Of a stretch of 28,279 nt of DNA, positions 17,250 through 28,279 are shown piece by piece (positions within the stretch are counted from its first letter, which is position 1; each line of letters begins with the position of its first letter). A program made the position numbers and the translations under genes. Origin of the DNA: Jatrophihabitantaceae bacterium (GTDB lineage Bacteria > Actinomycetota > Actinomycetes > Mycobacteriales > Jatrophihabitantaceae); the NCBI GenBank assembly GCA_036506855.1, contig DASXRA010000210.1:1-28279 (forward strand), given 5' to 3'. The notes under the pieces were generated by a model. That model searched no databases and was not told the origin of the DNA. It was given only the letters and a program-made list of their open reading frames with translations.

Positions 17250-18548
17250 TCAGGCCGACCGGGGCACCGGTGCCGCCGCAACGCACACCACGTTGCGTCC
17301 GGCGTCCTTGGCGGCGTACAGGGCTCGATCGGCGGATCGGATGAGCGAGTCGAGTTCGGTGCCGTGCCCGGGATAGACCGCAACGCCGACCGAGGCGCTC
17401 AGCGGCACCTGGCGAGCGTCCGCGCCGCCGTCGACCACCCGGAGCGACTCGATCCGCCGGCGCACCCGCTCGGCGATCCCGGGCGCATCGTCGACGCCGA
17501 CCTCGGGCAGCAGCGCGACGAACTCCTCACCGCCGAAGCGTCCGACGGCGTCGTACCCGCGAAGCTCGTCGGCAAGGGCTTCCCCGACCGCGCGCAGGGC
17601 GTCGTCGCCGGCCAGATGACCGTGCGTGTCGTTGATCTGCTTGAAGTGATCCATGTCGATGAGCAGGATCGCGGCGCTCTGATCGCCACGCTCGGCCCTG
17701 GCGAGCTCGCGGCCGGCGAGCTGACGCCACGTCGTGGCATTGAGCAGATCGGTCTTCACGTCCATCGTCGCTGCCTCGACGAGCTCCTTGATCAGGTTCT
17801 GGTGCTGGAGCAGGAACACCGCGGGCAGCACCATGACCACGAACCACGGCGCGTACACGACGCATCCGGCGGTGACCGCGCCGAGCGCAAGCGTCGCCAG
17901 CTCCAGCGCGTGGTCAGACCACCGCCCGACGAGTGCGGCCCGCACCGGGGCACCCGTGCTGGCAATCACCGCGATCGCGACGATGCTGCGGTTGACGAGC
18001 CGGTACACGCAGACGCTGAGCACGATGAGGCCGGCTGTCGCGATCGGTGTGGACCAGAAGATGCCGGCCGGGTCGATGTGCCGCAGCATCGTCGAGACGG
18101 CGAAGCAGGTGAGCGCGACCCCAGCGGCGCTGTACACGACACGGTAGGGTCGCGCGCCATCGACACGACTCCACGAGCGGGCCCACAGGTGAGCGAAGCT
18201 TGCGACTACCGCAATCACGGCGAGACTCGGCGGAAGAATCAGGGCTCCGGCGAACAGCCAGACCGAGGTGACGTCGACATGCGCTGAGCCGGCGGCGATG
18301 AGCCGGCGCTGGAACTCGATTTGCCGAGATACCTCGATGTACGCGACGCTCAGCAAGACCAGCACGCTGAATCGGACAAGGTCTGCGTTCGTAACCGAGT
18401 CGGTGACAATCGCATATACCATAAGTGCTACTGCAACAGCATCAACCGACACGACAAGGGCGACGAGCCGGCGCGGCAGGCTCCAGAGTGCCCATCGTCT
18501 GGACACTGCCGATGCTCTCCGCTCCGTCGACACTTCGCTCTCGGTCAC
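17250..18548 (-). CDS. Multi-pass membrane diguanylate cyclase (GGDEF domain)
   Basis: About six to seven hydrophobic segments, then DVKTDLLN, LIDMDHFKQINDTHGHLAGD, an RGYD I-site and RFGGEEF. Confidence 0.92.
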   Translation of the reverse strand: MTESEVSTERRASAVSRRWALWSLPRRLVALVVSVDAVAVALMVYAIVTDSVTNADLVRFSVLVLLSVAYIEVSRQIEFQRRLIAAGSAHVDVTSVWLFAGALILPPSLAVIAVVASFAHLWARSWSRVDGARPYRVVYSAAGVALTCFAVSTMLRHIDPAGIFWSTPIATAGLIVLSVCVYRLVNRSIVAIAVIASTGAPVRAALVGRWSDHALELATLALGAVTAGCVVYAPWFVVMVLPAVFLLQHQNLIKELVEAATMDVKTDLLNATTWRQLAGRELARAERGDQSAAILLIDMDHFKQINDTHGHLAGDDALRAVGEALADELRGYDAVGRFGGEEFVALLPEVGVDDAPGIAERVRRRIESLRVVDGGADARQVPLSASVGVAVYPGHGTELDSLIRSADRALYAAKDAGRNVVCVAAAPVPRSA

Positions 18549-18715
18549 GTCGGCCCCCGTACGCCCCCCGATGACGCGAGACGAACGCTATCCCATCCGT
18601 CCGTCTGTGTCATTACCGGACAGAACGATCCGTATGCAGAACGTGGCGGGTCATGAACCCGTCGACCAACCGTGAGATGGCAGCCAAACCTCGATCGGGC
18701 GGGAGGTGAGCCTCG

Positions 18716-18742
18716 ATGTCGCAGAGCGAGAGCTGGATCTAG
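18716..18742 (+). CDS. Putative 8-aa peptide MSQSESWI, copy 1
   Basis: GGAGGTGA (18702-18709), 6 nt, then ATG TCG CAG AGC GAG AGC TGG ATC TAG. Confidence 0.55.
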   Translation: MSQSESWI

Positions 18743-18784
18743 ACCCCGCGATGACCATTCCCACGGATGGAAGGCGGTGAGCTC

Positions 18785-18811
18785 ATGTCGCAGAGCGAGA
18801 GCTGGATCTGA
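18785..18811 (+). CDS. Putative 8-aa peptide MSQSESWI, copy 2
   Basis: AAGGCGGTGA (18771-18780), 4 nt, then ATG TCG CAG AGC GAG AGC TGG ATC TGA. Confidence 0.5.
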   Translation: MSQSESWI

Positions 18812-18831
18812 GTTCGGTTGGGCGACTATCG

Positions 18832-20358
18832 CTACCGCGGGCCGACCAGGGCCTCGATGAGTGAGGCAGCCGTCGGGCACCGGTCGAGCAGTTCGCCGAC
18901 GTGAGCTCGGGTACCGCGAAGCGGCTCGAGGGTCGGCACCCGCACCAGGGATTCGCGCCCCACGTCGAAGATGACCGAGTCCCACGACGCGGCAGCGACG
19001 GCGGCGCCGTACCGCTGCAGGCACTCACCGCGGAAGAACGCCCTCGTGTCGTCCGGCGGCGTCGACATGGCCGTTGCTGCGACCCCCTCCGGTAGCAACG
19101 TCTTCATGGCGCCCCGGGCGACGAGGCGGTGGTAGAGGCCTTTGCCGGGACGCACGTCGGCGTACTGCAAGTCGACGAGCTGAAGCCGCGACGAGTCCCA
19201 GTCGAGCTCGTCTCGGTCGCGGTAGCCGTTGAGCAGGCGCAGCTTGGCGACCCAGTCCAGTTCGTCGGCGAGCTGCATCGGATCGGCCTCGAGCCGGGTG
19301 AGTACCGACTCCCACCTAGCCAATATGTCGCGCGTCTGGGTGTCGGCATCCTCGCCGTAGCGGTCGTCGACGAACTTGCGCGCGCGGTCGAGGTACTCGC
19401 CCTGCAAGCCGATAGCCGTGATCTTGCGACCGTCCGCCAGCCGGATGAGGTGCGTGAGGGTCGGGTCGTGCGAGATCTCGTGCAGCTCCCGCACCGGCTG
19501 TGCGATGCCGAGGTCGTCGGGCAGGAACGCGTCCTCGATCATCGCCAGCACCAGGGACGTCATGCCGACCTTGAGGTAGGTCGAGATCTCCGACAAGTTG
19601 GCGTCGCCCACGATGACGTGCAGGCGGCGGTAGCGGTCGGCGTCGGCGTGCGGCTCGTCACGGGTGTTGATGATGGGGCGCTTCAACGTGGTCTCGAGGC
19701 CGACCTCGACCTCGAAGAAGTCGGCGCGCTGGGAGAGCTGGAAACCGGCCGTCCGGCCGTCCTGACCGATACCGACCCGGCCCGCGCCGGTGATCACCTG
19801 ACGCGAGACGAAGAACGGGACGAGGTGGCGCACGATCGACACGAACGGCGTCGAACGGCTCATCAGGTAGTTCTCGTGGGCGCCGTAGGACGCGCCCTTG
19901 TTGTCGGTGTTGTTCTTGTACAGGTTGATCTGCGTGCCGACCCCCGGCATCGACGCCACCCGCCGTGCAGCATCGGCCATGATCAACTCGCCCGCCTTGT
20001 CCCACCGGACGAGGTCGAGCGGCGTCGTGACCTCCGGCGTCGAGTACTCCGGGTGGGCGTGGTCGACATACAGGCGAGCCCCGTTGGGCAGGATGACGTT
20101 GGCCATCCCCGCGTCCTCTTCGGCCTCGATGAACTCCTGGGCGACACCGGCGCCCCCGCCGAGTTCGAAACCGCGGGCGTCACGCAGCGGTGACTCCTCT
20201 TCGAAATCCCAGGCAGCGCGGCGGGCCCGACCGGCCGGCAGCGTACTCGCGTAGGCGTTGACCACCTGCGCCGACAGCAGCATCGCGTTTGCCGACGGCT
20301 GGCCGGGCAGGCTCACGCCGTACTCGACCTCGGTGCCCATGACCCGCCGAACGCTCAT
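18832..20358 (-). CDS. dop: Pup deamidase/depupylase Dop
   Basis: [42 protein letters not shown]-like [25 protein letters not shown] lies 6 nt before the ATG. Confidence 0.97.
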   Translation of the reverse strand: MSVRRVMGTEVEYGVSLPGQPSANAMLLSAQVVNAYASTLPAGRARRAAWDFEEESPLRDARGFELGGGAGVAQEFIEAEEDAGMANVILPNGARLYVDHAHPEYSTPEVTTPLDLVRWDKAGELIMADAARRVASMPGVGTQINLYKNNTDNKGASYGAHENYLMSRSTPFVSIVRHLVPFFVSRQVITGAGRVGIGQDGRTAGFQLSQRADFFEVEVGLETTLKRPIINTRDEPHADADRYRRLHVIVGDANLSEISTYLKVGMTSLVLAMIEDAFLPDDLGIAQPVRELHEISHDPTLTHLIRLADGRKITAIGLQGEYLDRARKFVDDRYGEDADTQTRDILARWESVLTRLEADPMQLADELDWVAKLRLLNGYRDRDELDWDSSRLQLVDLQYADVRPGKGLYHRLVARGAMKTLLPEGVAATAMSTPPDDTRAFFRGECLQRYGAAVAAASWDSVIFDVGRESLVRVPTLEPLRGTRAHVGELLDRCPTAASLIEALVGPR

Positions 20359-20557
20359 TCCCCAAGGCTACGGCCCCGGCCTTGTTCGCGAAGGATGTAT
20401 CCGGGCGCCTGGCCGGCCCTCCGTTGTTCTGGCAGCAACGGGTAGCTAACGATGTGGCAACGGTTCGGCTCTCGAAGCATCGGTTGGGGTGCGCAGAGCG
20501 TCATTACGGTTGACGCGCAGATGTTCGCGGCCGCGTCCGGCAGGATGGAGGGGCCTC

Positions 20558-20743
20558 GTGAAGAGCAACCCGCTACGCACCGGTGTTGCGCCGGCGCACG
20601 TGTCCGCGCGGCCTGTCGCGCCCGCTGCCCGAGCCCACGCCGACGACGTCGTCGCCTGGCTCAACGACGCTTCGTTTCGCCTGCTCGAGGCGCGTCTTGC
20701 CCGCGCCCGCAGCCGCGCCGCCACCCGCGCCCGCAGCGACTGA
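20558..20743 (+). CDS. Possible small protein (61 aa) between dop and arc
   Basis: GGAGG 6 nt before GTG 20558: MKSNPLRTGVAPAHV...ADDVVAWLNDASFRLLEARLARAR; fills an otherwise empty 390-nt gap. Confidence 0.4.
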   Translation: MKSNPLRTGVAPAHVSARPVAPAARAHADDVVAWLNDASFRLLEARLARARSRAATRARSD

Positions 20744-20750
20744 CTGACCC

Positions 20751-22520
20751 CTACAGGTACTGGCCCGTGTTTCCGACGGTGTCGATGGAGCGGCCTGCGT
20801 CGGGGCCCTTGCCCGACACGAGGGTGCGGATGTAGACGATCCGCTCGCCCTTCTTGCCGGAGATCCGCGCCCAGTCGTCGGGGTTCGTGGTGTTCGGCAG
20901 ATCCTCGTTCTCGCGGAACTCATCGACACAGGCGGCGAGCAGATGCTGCACCCGCAGCCCACGGGCACCGGTGGTGAGGACGTCCTTGATCGCCATCTTC
21001 TTGGCCCGGTCGACGATGTTCTGGATCATCGCGCCGGAGTTGAAGTCCTTGAAGTAGAGCGTCTCCTTGTCGCCGTTGGCGTACGTGACCTCGAGGAAAC
21101 GGTTCTCCTCGGTCTCGGAGTACATCCGCTCGGTTGTGCGCTGGATCATCGCGTCGACGGTCGCGCTGATGTCGCCGCCATGCTCGGCGAGATCGTCGGC
21201 ATGGATCGGCAACGTGTGCGTGATGTACTTCGAGAAGATGTCACGCGCCGCCTCGGCGTCGGGTCGCTCGATCTTTATCTTGACGTCGAGGCGTCCTGGC
21301 CTAAGGATCGCCGGGTCGATCATGTCCTCGCGGTTGGACGCGCCGATCACGATCACGTTCTCGAGCCCCTCGACGCCGTCGATCTCGCTCAGCAGCTGCG
21401 GCACGATCGTGTTCTCGACGTCGGAGGAGACGCCGGATCCGCGGGTGCGGAACACGGAGTCCATCTCGTCGAAGAACACGATGACCGGGGTGCCCTGGCT
21501 CGCCTTCTCGCGAGCGCGCTGGAAGACCAGCCGGATGTGCCGCTCGGTCTCGCCGACGTACTTGTTCAGCAGCTCAGGGCCCTTGATGTTGAGGAAGAAC
21601 GACTTCGCGGTCGAGCCGTTGCCACGCACCTTCTCGACTTGCTTGGCGAGCGAGTTCGCGACCGCCTTGGCGATGAGCGTCTTGCCACAGCCGGGCGGGC
21701 CGTAGAGCAGGATTCCCTTTGGCGGGCGCAGTTCGTGCTCGCGGAACAGATCGGCATGCAGGAACGGCAGTTCGACGGCGTCGCGGATCGCCTCGATCTG
21801 GCGGGTCAGGCCACCGATGTCGGTGTAGTCGATGTCGGGGACCTCTTCGAGGATGAGCTCCTCTACCTCGCTCTTCGGGATCCGCTCGTACGCGTAGGAC
21901 GAGCGAGTCTCGAGCAGCAGCGAGTCGCCGCTGCGCAGTGGCTGCTCACGAAGGATGTCGGCGAGGTGGACCACGCGCTCCTCGTCGGCATGCCCGATGA
22001 CCAGTGCGCGCTCGCCGTCCTCGAGCAACTCCTTGAGCATCACGACCTCGCCGGCCCGCTCGTGGCCGCGCGCGGCGACGACGTTCATCGCCTCGTTGAG
22101 CATGACCTCCTGGCCGTGCTGCAACTCGTCGGTGGCCACGTCGGGTGAGACCGCGACGCGCAGCTTCCGGCCGCTGGTGAAGATGTCGACGGTGCCATCG
22201 TCGAAAGCCTCGAGGAACACGCCGTAGCCGCTCGGCGGCTGGGCGAGCCGGTCGATCTCCTCCTTCAGCGACACCACCTGGTCGCGCGCCTCGCGCAGCG
22301 TGTCGACCAGGCGGTCGTTGCGTTCACCAAGGCTCGCGACCCGAGCCTGCGCGTCGGCCAGCCGCTCTTCGAGAATGCGCATATGCCGCGGAGACTCCGC
22401 CACTTTTGCCCGCAGCAACTCGACCTCTTGCTCGAGAAATGCCGTGCGCCTGCGCGCCTCGTGCACCTGGTCGTCGCCGGGGTCATTCGAGCGGATCGTC
22501 TCGTCGGACTCGTGAGCCAT
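20751..22520 (-). CDS. arc: Proteasome AAA+ ATPase ARC/Mpa
   Basis: N-terminal coiled coil, [28 protein letters not shown]-terminal GQYL; GGAGG RBS. Confidence 0.97.
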   Translation of the reverse strand: MAHESDETIRSNDPGDDQVHEARRRTAFLEQEVELLRAKVAESPRHMRILEERLADAQARVASLGERNDRLVDTLREARDQVVSLKEEIDRLAQPPSGYGVFLEAFDDGTVDIFTSGRKLRVAVSPDVATDELQHGQEVMLNEAMNVVAARGHERAGEVVMLKELLEDGERALVIGHADEERVVHLADILREQPLRSGDSLLLETRSSYAYERIPKSEVEELILEEVPDIDYTDIGGLTRQIEAIRDAVELPFLHADLFREHELRPPKGILLYGPPGCGKTLIAKAVANSLAKQVEKVRGNGSTAKSFFLNIKGPELLNKYVGETERHIRLVFQRAREKASQGTPVIVFFDEMDSVFRTRGSGVSSDVENTIVPQLLSEIDGVEGLENVIVIGASNREDMIDPAILRPGRLDVKIKIERPDAEAARDIFSKYITHTLPIHADDLAEHGGDISATVDAMIQRTTERMYSETEENRFLEVTYANGDKETLYFKDFNSGAMIQNIVDRAKKMAIKDVLTTGARGLRVQHLLAACVDEFRENEDLPNTTNPDDWARISGKKGERIVYIRTLVSGKGPDAGRSIDTVGNTGQYL

Positions 22521-22656
22521 GCGGCCACCTCCACTCGTGTGGTTCGCGAAAATCCACCCTACACAGCCGGTCGAATCGTGGCGGGATCTACGCTCGATTG
22601 CGACGGCCCGCCGCTGGCGTTGCGGCGGCCGACGGATCAGAGAGGATCTCGCAGAC

Positions 22657-22932
22657 TTGAGTCAGCCGCTTCGTGTCTGGATCGATCAAGACCTGTGTAC
22701 CGGTGACGGTCTGTGCGTGCAGTACGCCCCCGAGGTGTTCGAGTTCGATGTCGACGGCCTCGCCTACGTCAAGGACGGCGACGGTGCCCTGCTCGCGCAG
22801 TCCGGAGCGTCCGCGGACGTGCCCGAGCGACTTCGCCTGGACGTGATCGACTCGGCCAAGGAGTGCCCCGGCGCGTGCATCCATGTCGTGCGCGCCTCTG
22901 ACGGCGGCGAGGTCGCCGGCCCGGCCGCCTGA
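22657..22932 (+). CDS. Single-cluster ferredoxin
   Basis: TTG 22657: [28 protein letters not shown]...ECPGACI; conserved divergent neighbour of arc. Confidence 0.88.
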   Translation: MSQPLRVWIDQDLCTGDGLCVQYAPEVFEFDVDGLAYVKDGDGALLAQSGASADVPERLRLDVIDSAKECPGACIHVVRASDGGEVAGPAA

Positions 22933-23008
22933 CGTCGCACGATTGCCCCGCGTGTCTTGCGTGGATATCGCCGCGCCATCGCTGATACTGGTGTGTTTGG
23001 TGAGGCCC

Positions 23009-23037
23009 TTGTGAATATTGGGACGTCGACGTACGGT
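23009..23037 (+). promoter_or_regulatory. Housekeeping-sigma-type promoter for the Rpf-like gene
   Basis: TTGTGA (23009-23014)-N17-TACGGT (23032-23037). Confidence 0.55.
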
Positions 23038-23151
23038 GGTGCGCGGTCGCGCTATCCGGCGGCCACCCAGGTCGGCCCAGGCTGACACCGATGAGAGCTC
23101 CGCGCTGTCAGCCGAGGGCATTCCCTCCTCGGGCACGGGGAAGGATCGTCC

Positions 23152-26041
<2,890 letters not shown>

Positions 26042-26094
26042 CACCGCGATGCTACGGCGCGCTGCACAGCTCGCCGGGTTAGCGTATACGGGCA

Positions 26095-26850
26095 GTGAGC
26101 GACACCGACGATCTGCGGAGCCGCATAGAGGCTCAGGTTGCCGCGCGCCGTGGCAAACCCAAGGGTCGTCATGCCCGCGTCGACCACGCTGAGCCCGGGC
26201 ATCATCAGGCACCGAGGATCGCGTCGCCCGTCGCCGAAACGCAGCTCATCGAGCGCGTGCGTCCAGACGCTGCCAGGACTCGCGGCGAGTCGCGCCGGCC
26301 CGGTAAGCGCGAGCACCGGTTCGGCCTGATTGTCCGCGTACTCGTCCTGATCTCGGTGGCCGGCATGCTGGCGGTGACCCTGCGGACGTTCGTGGTCGAG
26401 CCGTTCTGGATCCCGTCCGAGTCGATGGAAAAGACGCTGCACGGCTGCACCGGCTGCAACGACGATCGGCTGCTCGTCGACAAGCTCTCCTACAAGCTGC
26501 ACCCGGTTCACCGCGGCGACGTGGTGGTGTTCCGGCGCCCGCCGTCGGTCAACGCCAGTGAAAAGGTGCTGATCAAGCGCGTGATCGGGCTGTCCGGTGA
26601 GACCGTGCGCGGCCGCGACGGCAAGGTGTGGATCGGTGACCGCTTGCTCGAGGAGCCGTACGTGAACGGCGTGTGCGACGGGACTCAGGACTTCGCCGCG
26701 GTCACCGTTCCGGCAGGCGACGTGTTCGTCATGGGCGACAATCGCTGCGACTCGACCGACAGCCGGGTCTTCGGGCCGATCAAGAAGTCCTCGATCATCG
26801 GCCGCGCATTCCTGATCATCTGGCCGCTGGGACGGATTCACTGGCTGTGA
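26095..26850 (+). CDS. lepB: Signal peptidase I
   Basis: One TM helix, IPSESMEKTL (Ser), RGDVVVF, LIKRVIG (Lys), GDNR..S.DSR.FG. Confidence 0.93.
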   Translation: MSDTDDLRSRIEAQVAARRGKPKGRHARVDHAEPGHHQAPRIASPVAETQLIERVRPDAARTRGESRRPGKREHRFGLIVRVLVLISVAGMLAVTLRTFVVEPFWIPSESMEKTLHGCTGCNDDRLLVDKLSYKLHPVHRGDVVVFRRPPSVNASEKVLIKRVIGLSGETVRGRDGKVWIGDRLLEEPYVNGVCDGTQDFAAVTVPAGDVFVMGDNRCDSTDSRVFGPIKKSSIIGRAFLIIWPLGRIHWL

Positions 26851-26870
26851 CGGATGCGCCTGGCACAAAC

Positions 26871-26892
26871 TGTCGGGGGGCCGTTCTACTGT
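26871..26892 (+). promoter_or_regulatory. PafBC-dependent (RecA-NDp) promoter, leaderless-type
   Basis: TGTCGG-ggggccgttc-TACTGT-tcggttc-ATG(26900): exact TGTCGG-N10-TA-N3-T. Confidence 0.8.
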
Positions 26893-26899
26893 TCGGTTC

Positions 26900-27796
26900 A
26901 TGAGCGACACGGTGGTGGCAACCGGCCCGGTGGCCGAGGCGGTGATCGGATCGTTGTCGCCCTCGCGCGCGTCGGACTTCAAGACGTGCCCGCTGCTCTA
27001 CCGCTTCCGCGCGATCGATCGTCTACCCGAAGCGCCGTCTCCGGCCGCCGCGCGTGGCACCGTCGTCCACGCCGTTCTCGAGCAGCTTTACGACCTGCCG
27101 TCCGGCGAGCGCACGCTATCCGCCGCGACAAACCTGGTCGAGCCGGCTTGGCAGCACCTGCTCGCCGAGGAACCCGCGCTCGGCACGCTGTTCGCCGACG
27201 ACGTCGAGGGCGCGGCGCTGTCTGGCTGGCTCGACTCCGCGCGCGACCTCGTCGCGAGCTACTTCGACCTGGAGGATCCGGCCGCGCTCGAACCCGCGGC
27301 CCGTGAGGAACTCGTCGAGGCGGTCGTCGACGGGCTGCGGCTGCGCGGATATGTCGACCGGCTCGACATCTCGCCCGCGGGCGACATGCGCGTCGTCGAC
27401 TACAAGACCGGCACGATCCCGCGCGAGGCGTTCGAAGCCAAGGCGCTGTTCCAGATGAAGTTCTACGCGCTCGTGCTGTGGCGTACCCGCGGCGTCGTGC
27501 CGCGGCAGCTGAAGCTGATCTACCTCGCCGACCGCGACACGTTGACCTACTCGCCGGAAGCCGACGAGCTCGTCCGGTTCGAACGCACGCTCAAGGCAAT
27601 CTGGACGGCCATCGCTCGCGCGACCGAGAAAGGCGACTTCCGGCCGAGCCCGAGCAGGCTGTGCGACTGGTGCGACCACCAGGCCCGGTGCCCGTCCTTC
27701 GGCGGTACTCCCCCACCGTTCCCGGCCGACGCGTTGGCAATCCTCAACCGCGACCGGCGCGAAGTCACGCCGCAGGTGGTCGAGCCAGAGCTGTAG
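26900..27796 (+). CDS. RecB-family PD-(D/E)XK exonuclease with Cas4-like four-Cys cluster
   Basis: LSPSRASDFKTCP, GTVVHAVLE, LRGYVDRLD, VVDYKTG, Q..FYA, CDWC.....C. Confidence 0.9.
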   Translation: MSDTVVATGPVAEAVIGSLSPSRASDFKTCPLLYRFRAIDRLPEAPSPAAARGTVVHAVLEQLYDLPSGERTLSAATNLVEPAWQHLLAEEPALGTLFADDVEGAALSGWLDSARDLVASYFDLEDPAALEPAAREELVEAVVDGLRLRGYVDRLDISPAGDMRVVDYKTGTIPREAFEAKALFQMKFYALVLWRTRGVVPRQLKLIYLADRDTLTYSPEADELVRFERTLKAIWTAIARATEKGDFRPSPSRLCDWCDHQARCPSFGGTPPPFPADALAILNRDRREVTPQVVEPEL

Positions 27797-27804
27797 TTCG
27801 GGGC

Positions 27805-28279
27805 TCACTGTCCACTGTGGACGATCAGCGGGATCGCGGTCTCCTCCGCAGTCATCGCGCCGTGGTACGCGACGAGCTTGCCGACTCGCTTGTCCTCGTG
27901 CTTCGTGGCGAGCAGGACGTACCGGTCCTGGCAGACCGCGACGATGTCGCCGATGCGCGCCAGATGTGCTTGCGGTACCGGGCCGAACCAGCCTGCGCCC
28001 ACGGCTTCGTCACGCGTGACGACCTGCGCCGCGGCGCCGAGCACCGACCGCCACGCATCCAGCACGTCGTCCTGAGCGCCTGCGTACGTGTGCACGTACC
28101 GGACTCGCGGCTCGCCCGCGATGACGCGCACGCCGGCTCGCAGACTTCGGTCGGCATCGACGTCGATACGCTTGCCGGCCGGAACGTTGATGCCGCCGTG
28201 ATCGGCCGTGACGAGCAGCGCGGTGTCGGACGGCAGCTCGTCGACCAGCCGGGCGAGGAGCCGGTCGACCTCCGCGGCC
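27805..28279 (-). CDS. Alkaline phosphatase superfamily / nucleotide pyrophosphatase, C-terminal part (5' end outside the window)
   Basis: VDRLLARLVDELPSDTALLVTADHGG, GEPRVRYVH, RIGDIVAV, YHGAMTAEE. Confidence 0.85.
   Translation of the reverse strand, partial: AAEVDRLLARLVDELPSDTALLVTADHGGINVPAGKRIDVDADRSLRAGVRVIAGEPRVRYVHTYAGAQDDVLDAWRSVLGAAAQVVTRDEAVGAGWFGPVPQAHLARIGDIVAVCQDRYVLLATKHEDKRVGKLVAYHGAMTAEETAIPLIVHSGQ

Larger units (their letters stand above)
18705..18811 (+). repeat. Two-copy direct repeat (25-bp exact core, 69-bp period)
   Basis: atgtcgcagagcgagagctggatct at 18716-18740 and 18785-18809, each preceded by ggtgag. Confidence 0.95.

Noticed and set aside
18705-18811. Mini CRISPR array (about 35-bp repeat, 35-bp spacer)
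   Set aside because: Only two copies, no palindromic repeat structure, no cas genes or leader; the unit is better explained as SD plus ORF.
23040-23151. Canonical ydaO c-di-AMP riboswitch before the Rpf-like gene
   Set aside because: GCTGA and TCAGC are present but only about 18 nt apart, with no GGGGAACC or GGGTGAA core; kept only as an unassigned structured leader.
26900-27796. Cas4/CRISPR association of the nuclease
   Set aside because: The four-Cys PD-(D/E)XK gene is a routine neighbour of trmI/arc; no array or other cas genes.

Overview
High-GC actinomycete window containing the Pup-proteasome locus. Mostly on the minus strand, right to left: alkaline-phosphatase-family gene (partial), RecB-family exonuclease, lepB, site-2 protease, trmI, Rpf-like lytic transglycosylase, ferredoxin, arc/mpa, dop, pup, prcB, prcA, pafA, pafB, pafC, tatC, a lipid kinase and helY (partial). 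Three accessory blocks interrupt the core. (1) Between pafA and pafBC is a six-gene type VII (WXG100-like) toxin-immunity cassette whose toxin domain carries RelA/SpoT small-alarmone-synthetase motifs. (2) Between prcA and pafA is a SigL-like ECF sigma/ZAS anti-sigma module with back-to-back TGAACC-N16-CGT promoters, one driving a Tat-exported Rieske lipoprotein. (3) Between dop and pup is a membrane diguanylate cyclase facing two identical SD-equipped 8-codon mini-ORFs (MSQSESWI) that the ORF track misses. Other points: two exact PafBC/RecA-NDp promoter motifs (one on a histidine-phosphatase-GNAT fusion gene), many leaderless-type promoters, no tatA beside tatC, and one clear plus one possible single-base frameshift. 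All product calls come from motif recognition by eye; no database searches were run.
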